Source of the DNA: a virus
Virus record (IMG/VR): IMGVR_UViG_3300045988_119588
Strand: one strand, 5' to 3'
Length of the DNA: 45,644 nucleotides
The notes below the pieces were generated by a model. It had not been told where the DNA came from. It was given only the letters and a program-made list of their open reading frames with translations, and ran no database searches. The translations under genes were made by a program, and so were the position numbers. This document shows, one piece after another, positions 16,385 to 23,787 of the stretch (positions within the stretch are counted from its first letter, which is position 1; each line of letters starts with the position of its first letter).

Positions 16385-18907
16385 GTGACTTACAGAGAGT
16401 TTTTAGAATCAAAAATAGAACTGGCGCAGGACAGCGGATTTGTTGTGGATCCTGCGAAGATCAATAAAGCATTGAAACCACACCAGCGGGACGCTGTGAT
16501 GTGGGCACTGAAAGGCGGCAGACGGGCACTTTTTGAATCTTTCGGATTGGGTAAGACCATCCAGGAGATTGAGTTCTGCCATCTGGCGGCGGAACATTGC
16601 AATGGAAGGGCACTGATTGTGCTGCCACTTGGAGTAAAGCAGGAGTTCACCCGGGATGCGGTGGATATCCTTGGATATGATCGCCCGGAGTATTGCCGGA
16701 CGATGGAAGAAGTGGAACAGAGCAGTAGTCAAATCGTGCTGACGAATTATGAGCGTGTCCGGGATGGAGACATCCGACCGGAATATTTCGCAGCTACGTC
16801 TCTTGATGAAGCCAGTGTTTTACGAAGCTTTGGCAGCAAGACCTATCAGACGTTCCTTGACAAATTTAAACACGTACCGTATAAGCTGGTAGCCACGGCT
16901 ACACCGTCACCGAACAAATACAAGGAGCTGATCCATTATGCTGGATATCTGGAAGTGATGGACACCGGACAGGCACTGACCAGATTTTTTCAAAGGGACA
17001 GCACGAAAGCAAACAACCTGACGCTCTACCCGAATATGGAAGATGAGTTCTGGATGTGGGTAAGCAGCTGGGCATTGTTTATTACAAAACCTTCTGATCT
17101 CAATCCGGAGTATTCCGATGAAGGCTACGATCTGCCGGAACTGGATGTGCGGTGGCATGAACTGCCGGTACATTATGGTGATACGGCGGACAGAGACGGT
17201 CAGATGCAGCTGTTCCAGGAAGCCGCAGAAGGTGTGAAAGAAGCTGCGGCGGTAAAACGGGATAGCATTGGCGCAAGGGTGGCAAAGATGCAGGAGATTG
17301 TAAATGGATCCCCGGATGATCATTTTTTGCTGTGGCATGATTTGGAAAGCGAGCGCGCGGCAATTCTGAAAGCGATTCCTGGGGTGATAGATATCTACGG
17401 ATCTATGGACTACGATCTCCGGGAACAGAGAGTGATTGATTTCTCCAACGGTAAGAGCCGGCTGTTTGCTACCAAGAAATCGTTATCCGGATCCGGATGT
17501 AACTTTCAGCGCTATTGTCACCGGGAGATCTTTCTGGGGATTGATTACGAGTTTAACGATTTCATTCAGGCAATACACCGGTGCTACCGATTCTTGCAGA
17601 CGGATCGTGTGGTAATCGACATTATTTACATGGAGAACGAGCGGCAGATCCGTGAAGCACTGGAAGAAAAATGGAAGAATCATAATCACATGGTTGAAAA
17701 GATGATAGAGATCGTAAAAAAGTATGGTCTGAACTCTGCAAACAAGGCAGAGCGGCTGGAAAGGAAGATGGGTGTGGAAGGAAGCAGAGAAGAAAGAACG
17801 GTAAGGGGAAAACATTACGAAGCGGTATATGGTGACTGCGTGGAAGAAACAAGGGCAATGGAAAGCAACAGTATTGACCTGATACATACGTCTATTCCCT
17901 TCGGCAACCACTACGAATACAGCGCCAATTATAACGACTTCGGGCATAATCAGGATACAGATCGGTTTTTTGAACAGATGGACTTTTTGACACCGGAACT
18001 GCTCCGGGTGCTTCGACCCGGCAGGGTGGCAGCTATCCACGTAAAGGACCGCGTGCTATTCGGTAATGCGACCGGAACCGGAATGCCGACCATAGAGCCG
18101 TTCCATGCGTTATGTATCGCACATTACATGAAACATGGTTTCCAGTACTTCGGCATGATTACCGTTGTAACTGATGTAGTGCGTGAGAATAATCAGACCT
18201 ACCGCCTTGGATGGACAGAACAGTGCAAGGACGGATCCAAGATGGGAGTAGGCTGTCCGGAATATATCCTGCTTTTCCGAAAACTGCCGACAGACAGATC
18301 TACGGCGTATGCGGATGATCCAGTCAAAAAATCGAAAGAGGATTACACCCGCGCTCAGTGGCAGATTGATGCACATGGTTACTGGAGATCATCCGGAGAC
18401 AGGCTGATCAGCAAGGAAGAACTGGAGAGTATATCTGTGGATAATCTGCAGGCTGTGTACCGGGAATTTAGCAGGGATCATGTCTACAGCTACGAGGAAC
18501 ACGTAGAGCTGGCTAAGAAGCTGGATGAAAATGGGAAACTCCCGGCTACCTTCATGGTAGTCGCACCGGGAAGTTGGAACCAGATGGAAGTATGGGATGA
18601 TATCAACCGGATGCGTACCCTTAACACAACACAGAGCCGCAGGCGGGCACAGATGCACGTATGTCCATTGCAGCTGGATATCGTGGAGCGGATTATCAAC
18701 AGATACAGTAACGAGGGTGATACGGTCTATGATCCATTCGGCGGTCTGATGACGGTACCTATGACCGCAGTGAAGATGCATCGGTACGGAAAGGGCTGTG
18801 AGCTGAATCTGGATTACTTCCGGGATGGTGTTGGTTATCTGCAGGCAGCGGAGAATGAAGTGGACGAGCCTACATTGTTTGATTTTATGCCGGAGGTGAT
18901 GGCATGA
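16385..18907 (+). CDS. SF2/SNF2-like helicase fused to a beta-class N6A/N4C DNA methyltransferase
   Basis: 840 aa. Helicase motifs GLGKT (I), SLDEAS (II), ATATPSPN (III), QAIHRCYRFLQ (VI-like). MTase motif IV IHTSIPFGNHYEY (about aa 500) precedes motif I VYDPFGGLMTVP (about aa 780), which is the beta-class order. Confidence 0.85.
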   Translation: MTYREFLESKIELAQDSGFVVDPAKINKALKPHQRDAVMWALKGGRRALFESFGLGKTIQEIEFCHLAAEHCNGRALIVLPLGVKQEFTRDAVDILGYDRPEYCRTMEEVEQSSSQIVLTNYERVRDGDIRPEYFAATSLDEASVLRSFGSKTYQTFLDKFKHVPYKLVATATPSPNKYKELIHYAGYLEVMDTGQALTRFFQRDSTKANNLTLYPNMEDEFWMWVSSWALFITKPSDLNPEYSDEGYDLPELDVRWHELPVHYGDTADRDGQMQLFQEAAEGVKEAAAVKRDSIGARVAKMQEIVNGSPDDHFLLWHDLESERAAILKAIPGVIDIYGSMDYDLREQRVIDFSNGKSRLFATKKSLSGSGCNFQRYCHREIFLGIDYEFNDFIQAIHRCYRFLQTDRVVIDIIYMENERQIREALEEKWKNHNHMVEKMIEIVKKYGLNSANKAERLERKMGVEGSREERTVRGKHYEAVYGDCVEETRAMESNSIDLIHTSIPFGNHYEYSANYNDFGHNQDTDRFFEQMDFLTPELLRVLRPGRVAAIHVKDRVLFGNATGTGMPTIEPFHALCIAHYMKHGFQYFGMITVVTDVVRENNQTYRLGWTEQCKDGSKMGVGCPEYILLFRKLPTDRSTAYADDPVKKSKEDYTRAQWQIDAHGYWRSSGDRLISKEELESISVDNLQAVYREFSRDHVYSYEEHVELAKKLDENGKLPATFMVVAPGSWNQMEVWDDINRMRTLNTTQSRRRAQMHVCPLQLDIVERIINRYSNEGDTVYDPFGGLMTVPMTAVKMHRYGKGCELNLDYFRDGVGYLQAAENEVDEPTLFDFMPEVMA

Positions 18908-19503
18908 AAGAATCATGGAAAGATATACCTGGATATGATGGAAAATATCAGGCTGATATGGAAGGGAATATTCGTAGGGTATATCAATCAGGAAAGACAA
19001 GGCTCATGACTCCGTATCACAAGAAAATGTCAGGAAGCAAGCGTTTGGTAGTAAAAATGACGCAGGATAAGAAAGCAAAGGAAGAGATTCTGGTACAGAT
19101 AATGGCAAAGACATTTCTGGGGAATCCTCTTCCCGGACATGTTCCATACCATAAGAACGGATGTCAGGAGGATAATTACATACAGAATATTGCATACATC
19201 AGCCGGAGAGACCTTGGAAAACTTACCGGGAGAACTGCCAAAAGACAACCTGTTGCCAAGATAGATGTGTCCGGGGAAATCGTAGAAGTATATTCATCCG
19301 CAAGGGAATGTGCCAGAAAAAATTATATGAGTTATCAGACAGTCATAGATAGATGCAATGGCAAATGTAAGAGTGCGTATGCCCCCGATGGCTATGCATA
19401 TGCTTGGGATGACAAGGAAGTGAGCATGAGAAACGCTATAAGAAAAATAGAGCGTGAAAATGGGTATATGCCAAAGGCAAGAAATGTGGATTTTGAGTTT
19501 TAG
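18904..19503 (+). CDS. HNH homing endonuclease (NUMOD4 + HNH_3 + C-terminal DNA-binding motif)
   Basis: 199 aa. WKDIPGYDGKYQADMEGNIRRV (NUMOD4), HKNGCQEDNYIQNI (HNH_3-like), ARECARKNYMSYQTVIDRCNGK. ATGA overlap with the MTase stop. Confidence 0.8.
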   Translation: MKESWKDIPGYDGKYQADMEGNIRRVYQSGKTRLMTPYHKKMSGSKRLVVKMTQDKKAKEEILVQIMAKTFLGNPLPGHVPYHKNGCQEDNYIQNIAYISRRDLGKLTGRTAKRQPVAKIDVSGEIVEVYSSARECARKNYMSYQTVIDRCNGKCKSAYAPDGYAYAWDDKEVSMRNAIRKIERENGYMPKARNVDFEF

Positions 19504-19511
19504 GAGAATAT

Positions 19512-20111
19512 ATGGGAAAGAGACATTTAACACCGGCAGAGATTAAAGAGCAATGTAAGCGGATCGCCAGGGAAAGCCGTATGGCTGACCGGACACCTTG
19601 GACCGCTATGGGAATCATCTGCAGCTATGTGATTATGCGCCGGGAGGGATTCAAAGGGCAGCGGATCTCCCGACTGGCAAATAAGGTAAATGAAATGGAA
19701 GCGGACTGGTCCGCGGGAAAGGTTGACCTGAAGGAGATTAGTAAGCAGCTGATGAATAAGGCTGGATGGTCCATTGAGTATAAAGCCTATACCGAGGATG
19801 ACATCACCGCCCGGAAGGGATCCTATCAGTACTGGCTTGATCAGAAGCAGATTGCACCGCAGAATACCATCAATGAGCAGGCTACAAGGTATATGCTGTT
19901 TTTCTTCACGGCGCTGATGGACGAATATGGATTCGGCAAAGACCGGCTGACCCGGGTCGAAGAATACATGAATGAGCTGTTACTGCAATACCAGGAGGAC
20001 AAGACCACCGTCCGGGAATGGTCCCATGCGTTGCTCACAGAAGCAGGAGTAATCATGGAGCCTCCGGTGGATCCGCTGACACAGACTACAGGAAGCATTA
20101 TGACGGGGTGA
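19512..20111 (+). CDS. Hypothetical protein (199 aa)
   Basis: Track ORF with TAGGAGAATAT before the ATG. Confidence 0.6.
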   Translation: MGKRHLTPAEIKEQCKRIARESRMADRTPWTAMGIICSYVIMRREGFKGQRISRLANKVNEMEADWSAGKVDLKEISKQLMNKAGWSIEYKAYTEDDITARKGSYQYWLDQKQIAPQNTINEQATRYMLFFFTALMDEYGFGKDRLTRVEEYMNELLLQYQEDKTTVREWSHALLTEAGVIMEPPVDPLTQTTGSIMTG

Positions 20112-20113
20112 TA

Positions 20114-20287
20114 ATGATGGAATTTTATAAATTATTCCACTGGCGGAAAGACTGGCCAGAGATGCTGAGTATGGAGAAAGTGCTGATGAGCGGTGAACTA
20201 CATGCCAGATGTGCTGAAAAAATGAGAAAAATCGACCAGCTGATAATTGGTGCATATATGATGAGCATCTTATTAAGCAGGAACTGA
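20114..20287 (+). CDS. Small hypothetical protein (57 aa)
   Basis: ATG 20114 lies 2 nt after the upstream stop and is in frame with track ORF 20018-20287. Confidence 0.4.
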   Translation: MMEFYKLFHWRKDWPEMLSMEKVLMSGELHARCAEKMRKIDQLIIGAYMMSILLSRN

Positions 20288-20298
20288 AAACAGGAACT

Positions 20299-20393
20299 AA
20301 AAAGTGAAATAGTAACTCAAAAGTTGAGTTAAAAAGTGAAAAATTTAATTAAAAATTTGAGTTTCTATTTGAGTTCCACTCAATAACTCAAAA
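20299..20393. repeat. Array of six AACTCAA/TTGAGTT 7-mers plus two AAAAAGTGAAA units
   Basis: AACTCAA at 20314 and 20385, cACTCAA at 20378. TTGAGTT at 20324, 20357 and 20369. TAACTCAAAAGTTGAGTTA is a palindrome. AAAAAGTGAAA occurs at 20299 and 20330. Confidence 0.6.
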
Positions 20394-20405
20394 GCAAGTT
20401 AAAAT

Positions 20406-20458
20406 CCCCCGGTAATACGGGGGAGAAATCGAACTACCGAGGAAAATTCGGTAGTTCG
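20406..20458 (+). other. Two adjacent perfect hairpins without U-tracts
   Basis: CCCCCG-GTAATA-CGGGGG (20406-20423) and CGAACTACCGA-GGAAAAT-TCGGTAGTTCG (20430-20458). Confidence 0.5.
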
Positions 20459-20485
20459 GCAAATTAAAAACAGGAGGAAAATCAC

Positions 20486-20728
20486 ATGAAATATTGCATT
20501 GAAATAACGGATAATGGTTGCATTGAAACCTTGGAAATGTCTAAAAACGAGAAATTTCAGAAAAAATCAACAAAAACAGAATATGGTTGCGAATCTTTAG
20601 ATTCTGATTTTGCAGATCAACTGAGAATGGCTGGGTACTGTGAAGAAATAGTGGAAGAAGTTGATAGAATATATGACGGTCTGGGAAGTCTTGATTTTTT
20701 GGAATTGTCAGAATTGGTAAGTGAGTAA
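20486..20728 (+). CDS. Acidic hypothetical protein (80 aa)
   Basis: Track ORF with ACAGGAGGAAAATCAC before the ATG. Confidence 0.6.
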   Translation: MKYCIEITDNGCIETLEMSKNEKFQKKSTKTEYGCESLDSDFADQLRMAGYCEEIVEEVDRIYDGLGSLDFLELSELVSE

Positions 20729-20759
20729 CTTAGGATTTAGCAAAGGAGTTAAGCGAGAA

Positions 20760-20939
20760 ATGTGGTCACACGATGAACAGAAAGAAATAAATGACAGCTA
20801 CGCTGTTATGGCAAGAATAACGTGTAAATATTGCGGAGCAGTAGTACACAAATATGTGGAAAGCCATTATACAGGCGGTTCCAAGTGTGTGATATTGGCA
20901 AAGTACTGTAGATTTTGCGGTAATGCTCTTAGGATTTAG
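20760..20939 (+). CDS. Zinc-ribbon small protein (59 aa)
   Basis: ATG 20760 follows AAAGGAG (the track ORF starts at GTG 20721). CKYCG...CRFCG pattern. Confidence 0.5.
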   Translation: MWSHDEQKEINDSYAVMARITCKYCGAVVHKYVESHYTGGSKCVILAKYCRFCGNALRI

Positions 20940-20953
20940 TGGAGGTAGAAAAA

Positions 20954-21301
20954 ATGTATAAAGCAACAAATATTGATACGGATAAGGCCCTCAAAGCAAT
21001 CAATGATTCAAGAGCAATACAGGAAAGAGCATCACAGCTTAGATCGGAAAAAGAAAGATCTTACATGGAGGGACTGAACAAAGGACTTGATATTGCTGAA
21101 AGTCTTTTTGAATGTTCAAATTATGAGAAATCGCAGGAAGCAACTTATATAGATGGTGTCTGCGAGGTACTCTATGAACTTGGAAAAGAACTTGATATAC
21201 CAACTCAGGATATAAGAGATAATATTGCATCGGTAGATGAAGCCTGCGCTCTGTTTGCAGACAGGATTCGGGAAGCAATAGCAAGAGATAAGGATCAGTA
21301 A
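20954..21301 (+). CDS. Hypothetical acidic protein (115 aa)
   Basis: ATG 20954 lies 8 nt after the GGAGGTAG of the junction repeat. The track ORF starts at 20939. Confidence 0.6.
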   Translation: MYKATNIDTDKALKAINDSRAIQERASQLRSEKERSYMEGLNKGLDIAESLFECSNYEKSQEATYIDGVCEVLYELGKELDIPTQDIRDNIASVDEACALFADRIREAIARDKDQ

Positions 21302-21312
21302 ACTGAAATGAG

Positions 21313-21684
21313 GTGATATTGTTGGAAGCAAAGAGAAAAGCATTACCTAAGAGTGTAAGGATAGCGGTATACCAGAAGTGCAACGGTCATTGTGCCTATT
21401 GTGGGTGTGATTTGCAATATAAGGATATGCAAGTAGATCATGTGATCCCGCTGAATGGATGGAGTGAACAGGGAACAGACACGGTAGATAATATGCTTCC
21501 TGCCTGCCGGAGCTGCAATCATTATAAGAGCCGATCCACACTTGAGGGATTCAGGAAGATGGTAGAAGCCATGCCGGACACTCTGATGCGTGACAACGTT
21601 ACATACAAAAATGCAGTAAGGTTCGGACTGGTAATTCCGAACAAGAAGCCTGTTGTTTTCTATTTTGAGAAAAAAATTAACTAA
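21313..21684 (+). CDS. HNH endonuclease
   Basis: About 120 aa. CAYCGCDL...VDHVIPLNGW...DNMLPACRSCNHYK. The true start is likely TTG 21319 or 21322, after GAGGTG. Confidence 0.8.
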   Translation: MILLEAKRKALPKSVRIAVYQKCNGHCAYCGCDLQYKDMQVDHVIPLNGWSEQGTDTVDNMLPACRSCNHYKSRSTLEGFRKMVEAMPDTLMRDNVTYKNAVRFGLVIPNKKPVVFYFEKKIN

Positions 21685-21720
21685 ACTGAAATATTAGGAT
21701 TTAGTGGAGGAAGTGATTAT

Positions 21721-22203
21721 TTGGTAGCAGTACCTATTGAATTGAAAGATGCACAGTCCTATATAAACAAATATCACAGGCATCATCAGGCGGCACATAG
21801 AGACAAATTCCGAATAGCAGCAATGCAGGATGATGAAATAGTCGGAGTTGTGCAAGTGGGAAGACCAGTATCAAGAGTCCTGGACGATGGTAAAACGCTC
21901 GAGGTACTAAGATTATGCACAAATGGCACAAAGGATGTATGCAGTTTTCTTTATTCAAGAGCCGCAAGAATTGCAAAAGAAATGGGTTATCGCAGAATCA
22001 TAACATACATTCTTTCTTCGGAATCCGGGACGAGTCTTAAAGCATCAGGATGGGTGCTTGAAGCTGATGGGGTTGGTGGAACTGATTGGAATGTGCCGAG
22101 CAGACCGAGAGAGGTTATCGCAACACAAATGAGTTTGTTCCCGGAAAAACCGAAATACCCAGTCGGAGAAAAGAAGCAGCGTTGGGTTAAAAAACTAAAC
22201 TGA
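21721..22203 (+). CDS. GNAT-fold XF1762/Mom-like protein (possible DNA-modifying acyltransferase)
   Basis: 160 aa. AQSYINKYHRHHQA...IVGVVQVGRPVSRVLDDGKTLEVLRLCTNG...GYRRIITYILSSESGTSLKASGW matches my recollection of this family. TTG start 10 nt after GGAGG. Confidence 0.65.
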   Translation: MVAVPIELKDAQSYINKYHRHHQAAHRDKFRIAAMQDDEIVGVVQVGRPVSRVLDDGKTLEVLRLCTNGTKDVCSFLYSRAARIAKEMGYRRIITYILSSESGTSLKASGWVLEADGVGGTDWNVPSRPREVIATQMSLFPEKPKYPVGEKKQRWVKKLN

Positions 22204-22232
22204 AATATTAGGATTTAGCGGAGGTAGAGAAA

Positions 22233-22427
22233 ATGAAATTAATGATTACAGACACAAATGGAAACAAGATGTATTATGGCGGTCGCAGAAAAGATGGCAG
22301 CTATAAAATTGCAAGTAGTGCATCAGGTGCTTTGGATTTTAGCCCTAGAGCTAAAGGCAATATCAATCAGGTTTGGGGCAATCTTCAAAAGCAGCATCCT
22401 GACTATAAGTTTGAGTATGTGGATTGA
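22233..22427 (+). CDS. Hypothetical protein (64 aa)
   Basis: Track ORF preceded by the 34-nt junction repeat, which includes GGAGGTAG. Confidence 0.55.
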   Translation: MKLMITDTNGNKMYYGGRRKDGSYKIASSASGALDFSPRAKGNINQVWGNLQKQHPDYKFEYVD

Positions 22428-22464
22428 GTTATAATTATCAACATACTAACAGAATGATATCTTG

Positions 22465-22501
22465 AGCCGATGCATAAATAAATCCATGTGTCGGCTTTTT
22501 A
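22465..22501 (+). terminator. Rho-independent terminator
   Basis: AGCCGA...TCGGCT stem with partial inner pairing, followed by TTTTTATT. Confidence 0.6.
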
Positions 22502-22599
22502 TTATATCAGAGAGATGATGTTAATAAAAATTGCTAAACGGTAAGCTAGGTAATATAGTAATATTGTCAATTTTTGTCGATAAAAACTTCATTTTAAAA

Positions 22600-22628
22600 T
22601 TGAACACTAGATATATGAAGAGTATAAT
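22600..22628 (+). promoter_or_regulatory. Own promoter of the AT-rich moron
   Basis: -35 TTGAAC (22600-22605), 17-nt spacer, -10 TATAAT (22623-22628). Confidence 0.55.
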
Positions 22629-22656
22629 TCCTTTTGTTACAAAAGAGAGGTGAACT

Positions 22657-23283
22657 ATGAAAAGAGTTATTTCTGCGATTTTAGGGGTTATTTTAATAGG
22701 AATAGTTATTTTTTTAGGAATAAAGACGGAAGATGGGAATATTTATATAATTTTATTTGGGCTGTCTTCTGCGTTAGTGGCGCCAATCGGAATATCTGCG
22801 TTGGGATATTCTATACGAAAAGAAGATAAAACATTAAAAAAGTTAGCGATGGTTCCAGAAATTGATAATTTGATAGAGAGAGCAGAAACAGAGCAAGAAA
22901 AGATTAAGCGTCTTAAGAGAGAAAAAAATGAATTACTCAATTATATACGAAACGATACAAAGAGGATTGCATTGGTAGAAAGGAAAAAAATATTAGAATC
23001 AGATATTAGAAGGCTATGGGAAGAGTATGAAAATGTTAACAGTGAACTTGCAGAAATAGAAGGGGAAAAGCCTGATATAAGTCAAATGAGTAATGAAATC
23101 AGAAAACTATGTAAAGATCATACAGAATTAAATGTTACCGCTTGGGGTGAGAGTTATACAATAAGAGGTATATATGATTTGTATAGTTTGCCGGCAGAAA
23201 TTATTGCCAATATGATGAATAAAATGATAATATACACTATTGATGCAATACAAAATTTGATAAATAATATTATTAACAAATGA
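22657..23283 (+). CDS. 2-TM + coiled-coil protein of unknown function (moron; candidate exclusion/abortive-infection factor)
   Basis: 208 aa. N-terminal helices VISAILGVILIGIVIFLGI and IYIILFGLSSALVAPIGISALGY, followed by a long heptad-like K/E-rich region. AGAGAGGTGAACT RBS. Strongly AT-rich. Confidence 0.7.
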   Translation: MKRVISAILGVILIGIVIFLGIKTEDGNIYIILFGLSSALVAPIGISALGYSIRKEDKTLKKLAMVPEIDNLIERAETEQEKIKRLKREKNELLNYIRNDTKRIALVERKKILESDIRRLWEEYENVNSELAEIEGEKPDISQMSNEIRKLCKDHTELNVTAWGESYTIRGIYDLYSLPAEIIANMMNKMIIYTIDAIQNLINNIINK

Positions 23284-23346
23284 GGCTATAAAGTATTAAG
23301 AAGATATGTTATAATTTTAATATGAATAAATATTAAGAAGAGCCAT

Positions 23347-23388
23347 AGAGCCGATATGTGGAGAAATCCATGTGCCGGCTCTTTTTTA
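23347..23388 (+). terminator. Rho-independent terminator (paralogous to 22465-22501)
   Basis: AGAGCCG...CGGCTCT stem followed by TTTTTT. It shares AGCCGAT...AAATCCATGTGnCGGCT with the upstream terminator. Confidence 0.6.
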
Positions 23389-23466
23389 TATTCCCAGGTT
23401 AGAAAACCACAATCTCTCTTTGATACAGTGTAGGTATTAAATTAAACATGACAGGAGGAAAGCTGG

Positions 23467-23727
23467 GTGAATATAAAAAATTATAACATGGATGCGGATG
23501 TACTCAGGGTATGCAGATATGTCGATGATGCCATTGCGGAGCGCCTGGCAGAATCCATCCTGCAGGGAACCAGTTACGATATGTTGGAAGCCCATTACGG
23601 TATCATGCCGATCAGCCGGAACTGTTTTTATAGGAGACGGCGGCAGGCACAGGAGATACTCCGGCGAAAGAGAGGGAGAATTGAGGAAGAACCGAATGGG
23701 CAGATGAAGATGGTGTTTCCCTTGTAA
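23467..23727 (+). CDS. Small HTH-like protein; possible late-gene regulator
   Basis: 86 aa with a GTG start after AGGAGGAAAGCTGG. GIMPISRNCFYRRRRQAQEILRRK resembles sigma-region-4/RinA-ArpU-type phage regulators. This similarity is weak and judged by eye. Confidence 0.45.
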   Translation: MNIKNYNMDADVLRVCRYVDDAIAERLAESILQGTSYDMLEAHYGIMPISRNCFYRRRRQAQEILRRKRGRIEEEPNGQMKMVFPL

Positions 23728-23787
23728 TTTGGTACAAATAGTGAATCAAGCTACTTTATAATTATGATATGAGGAAAGGATCAGGTA

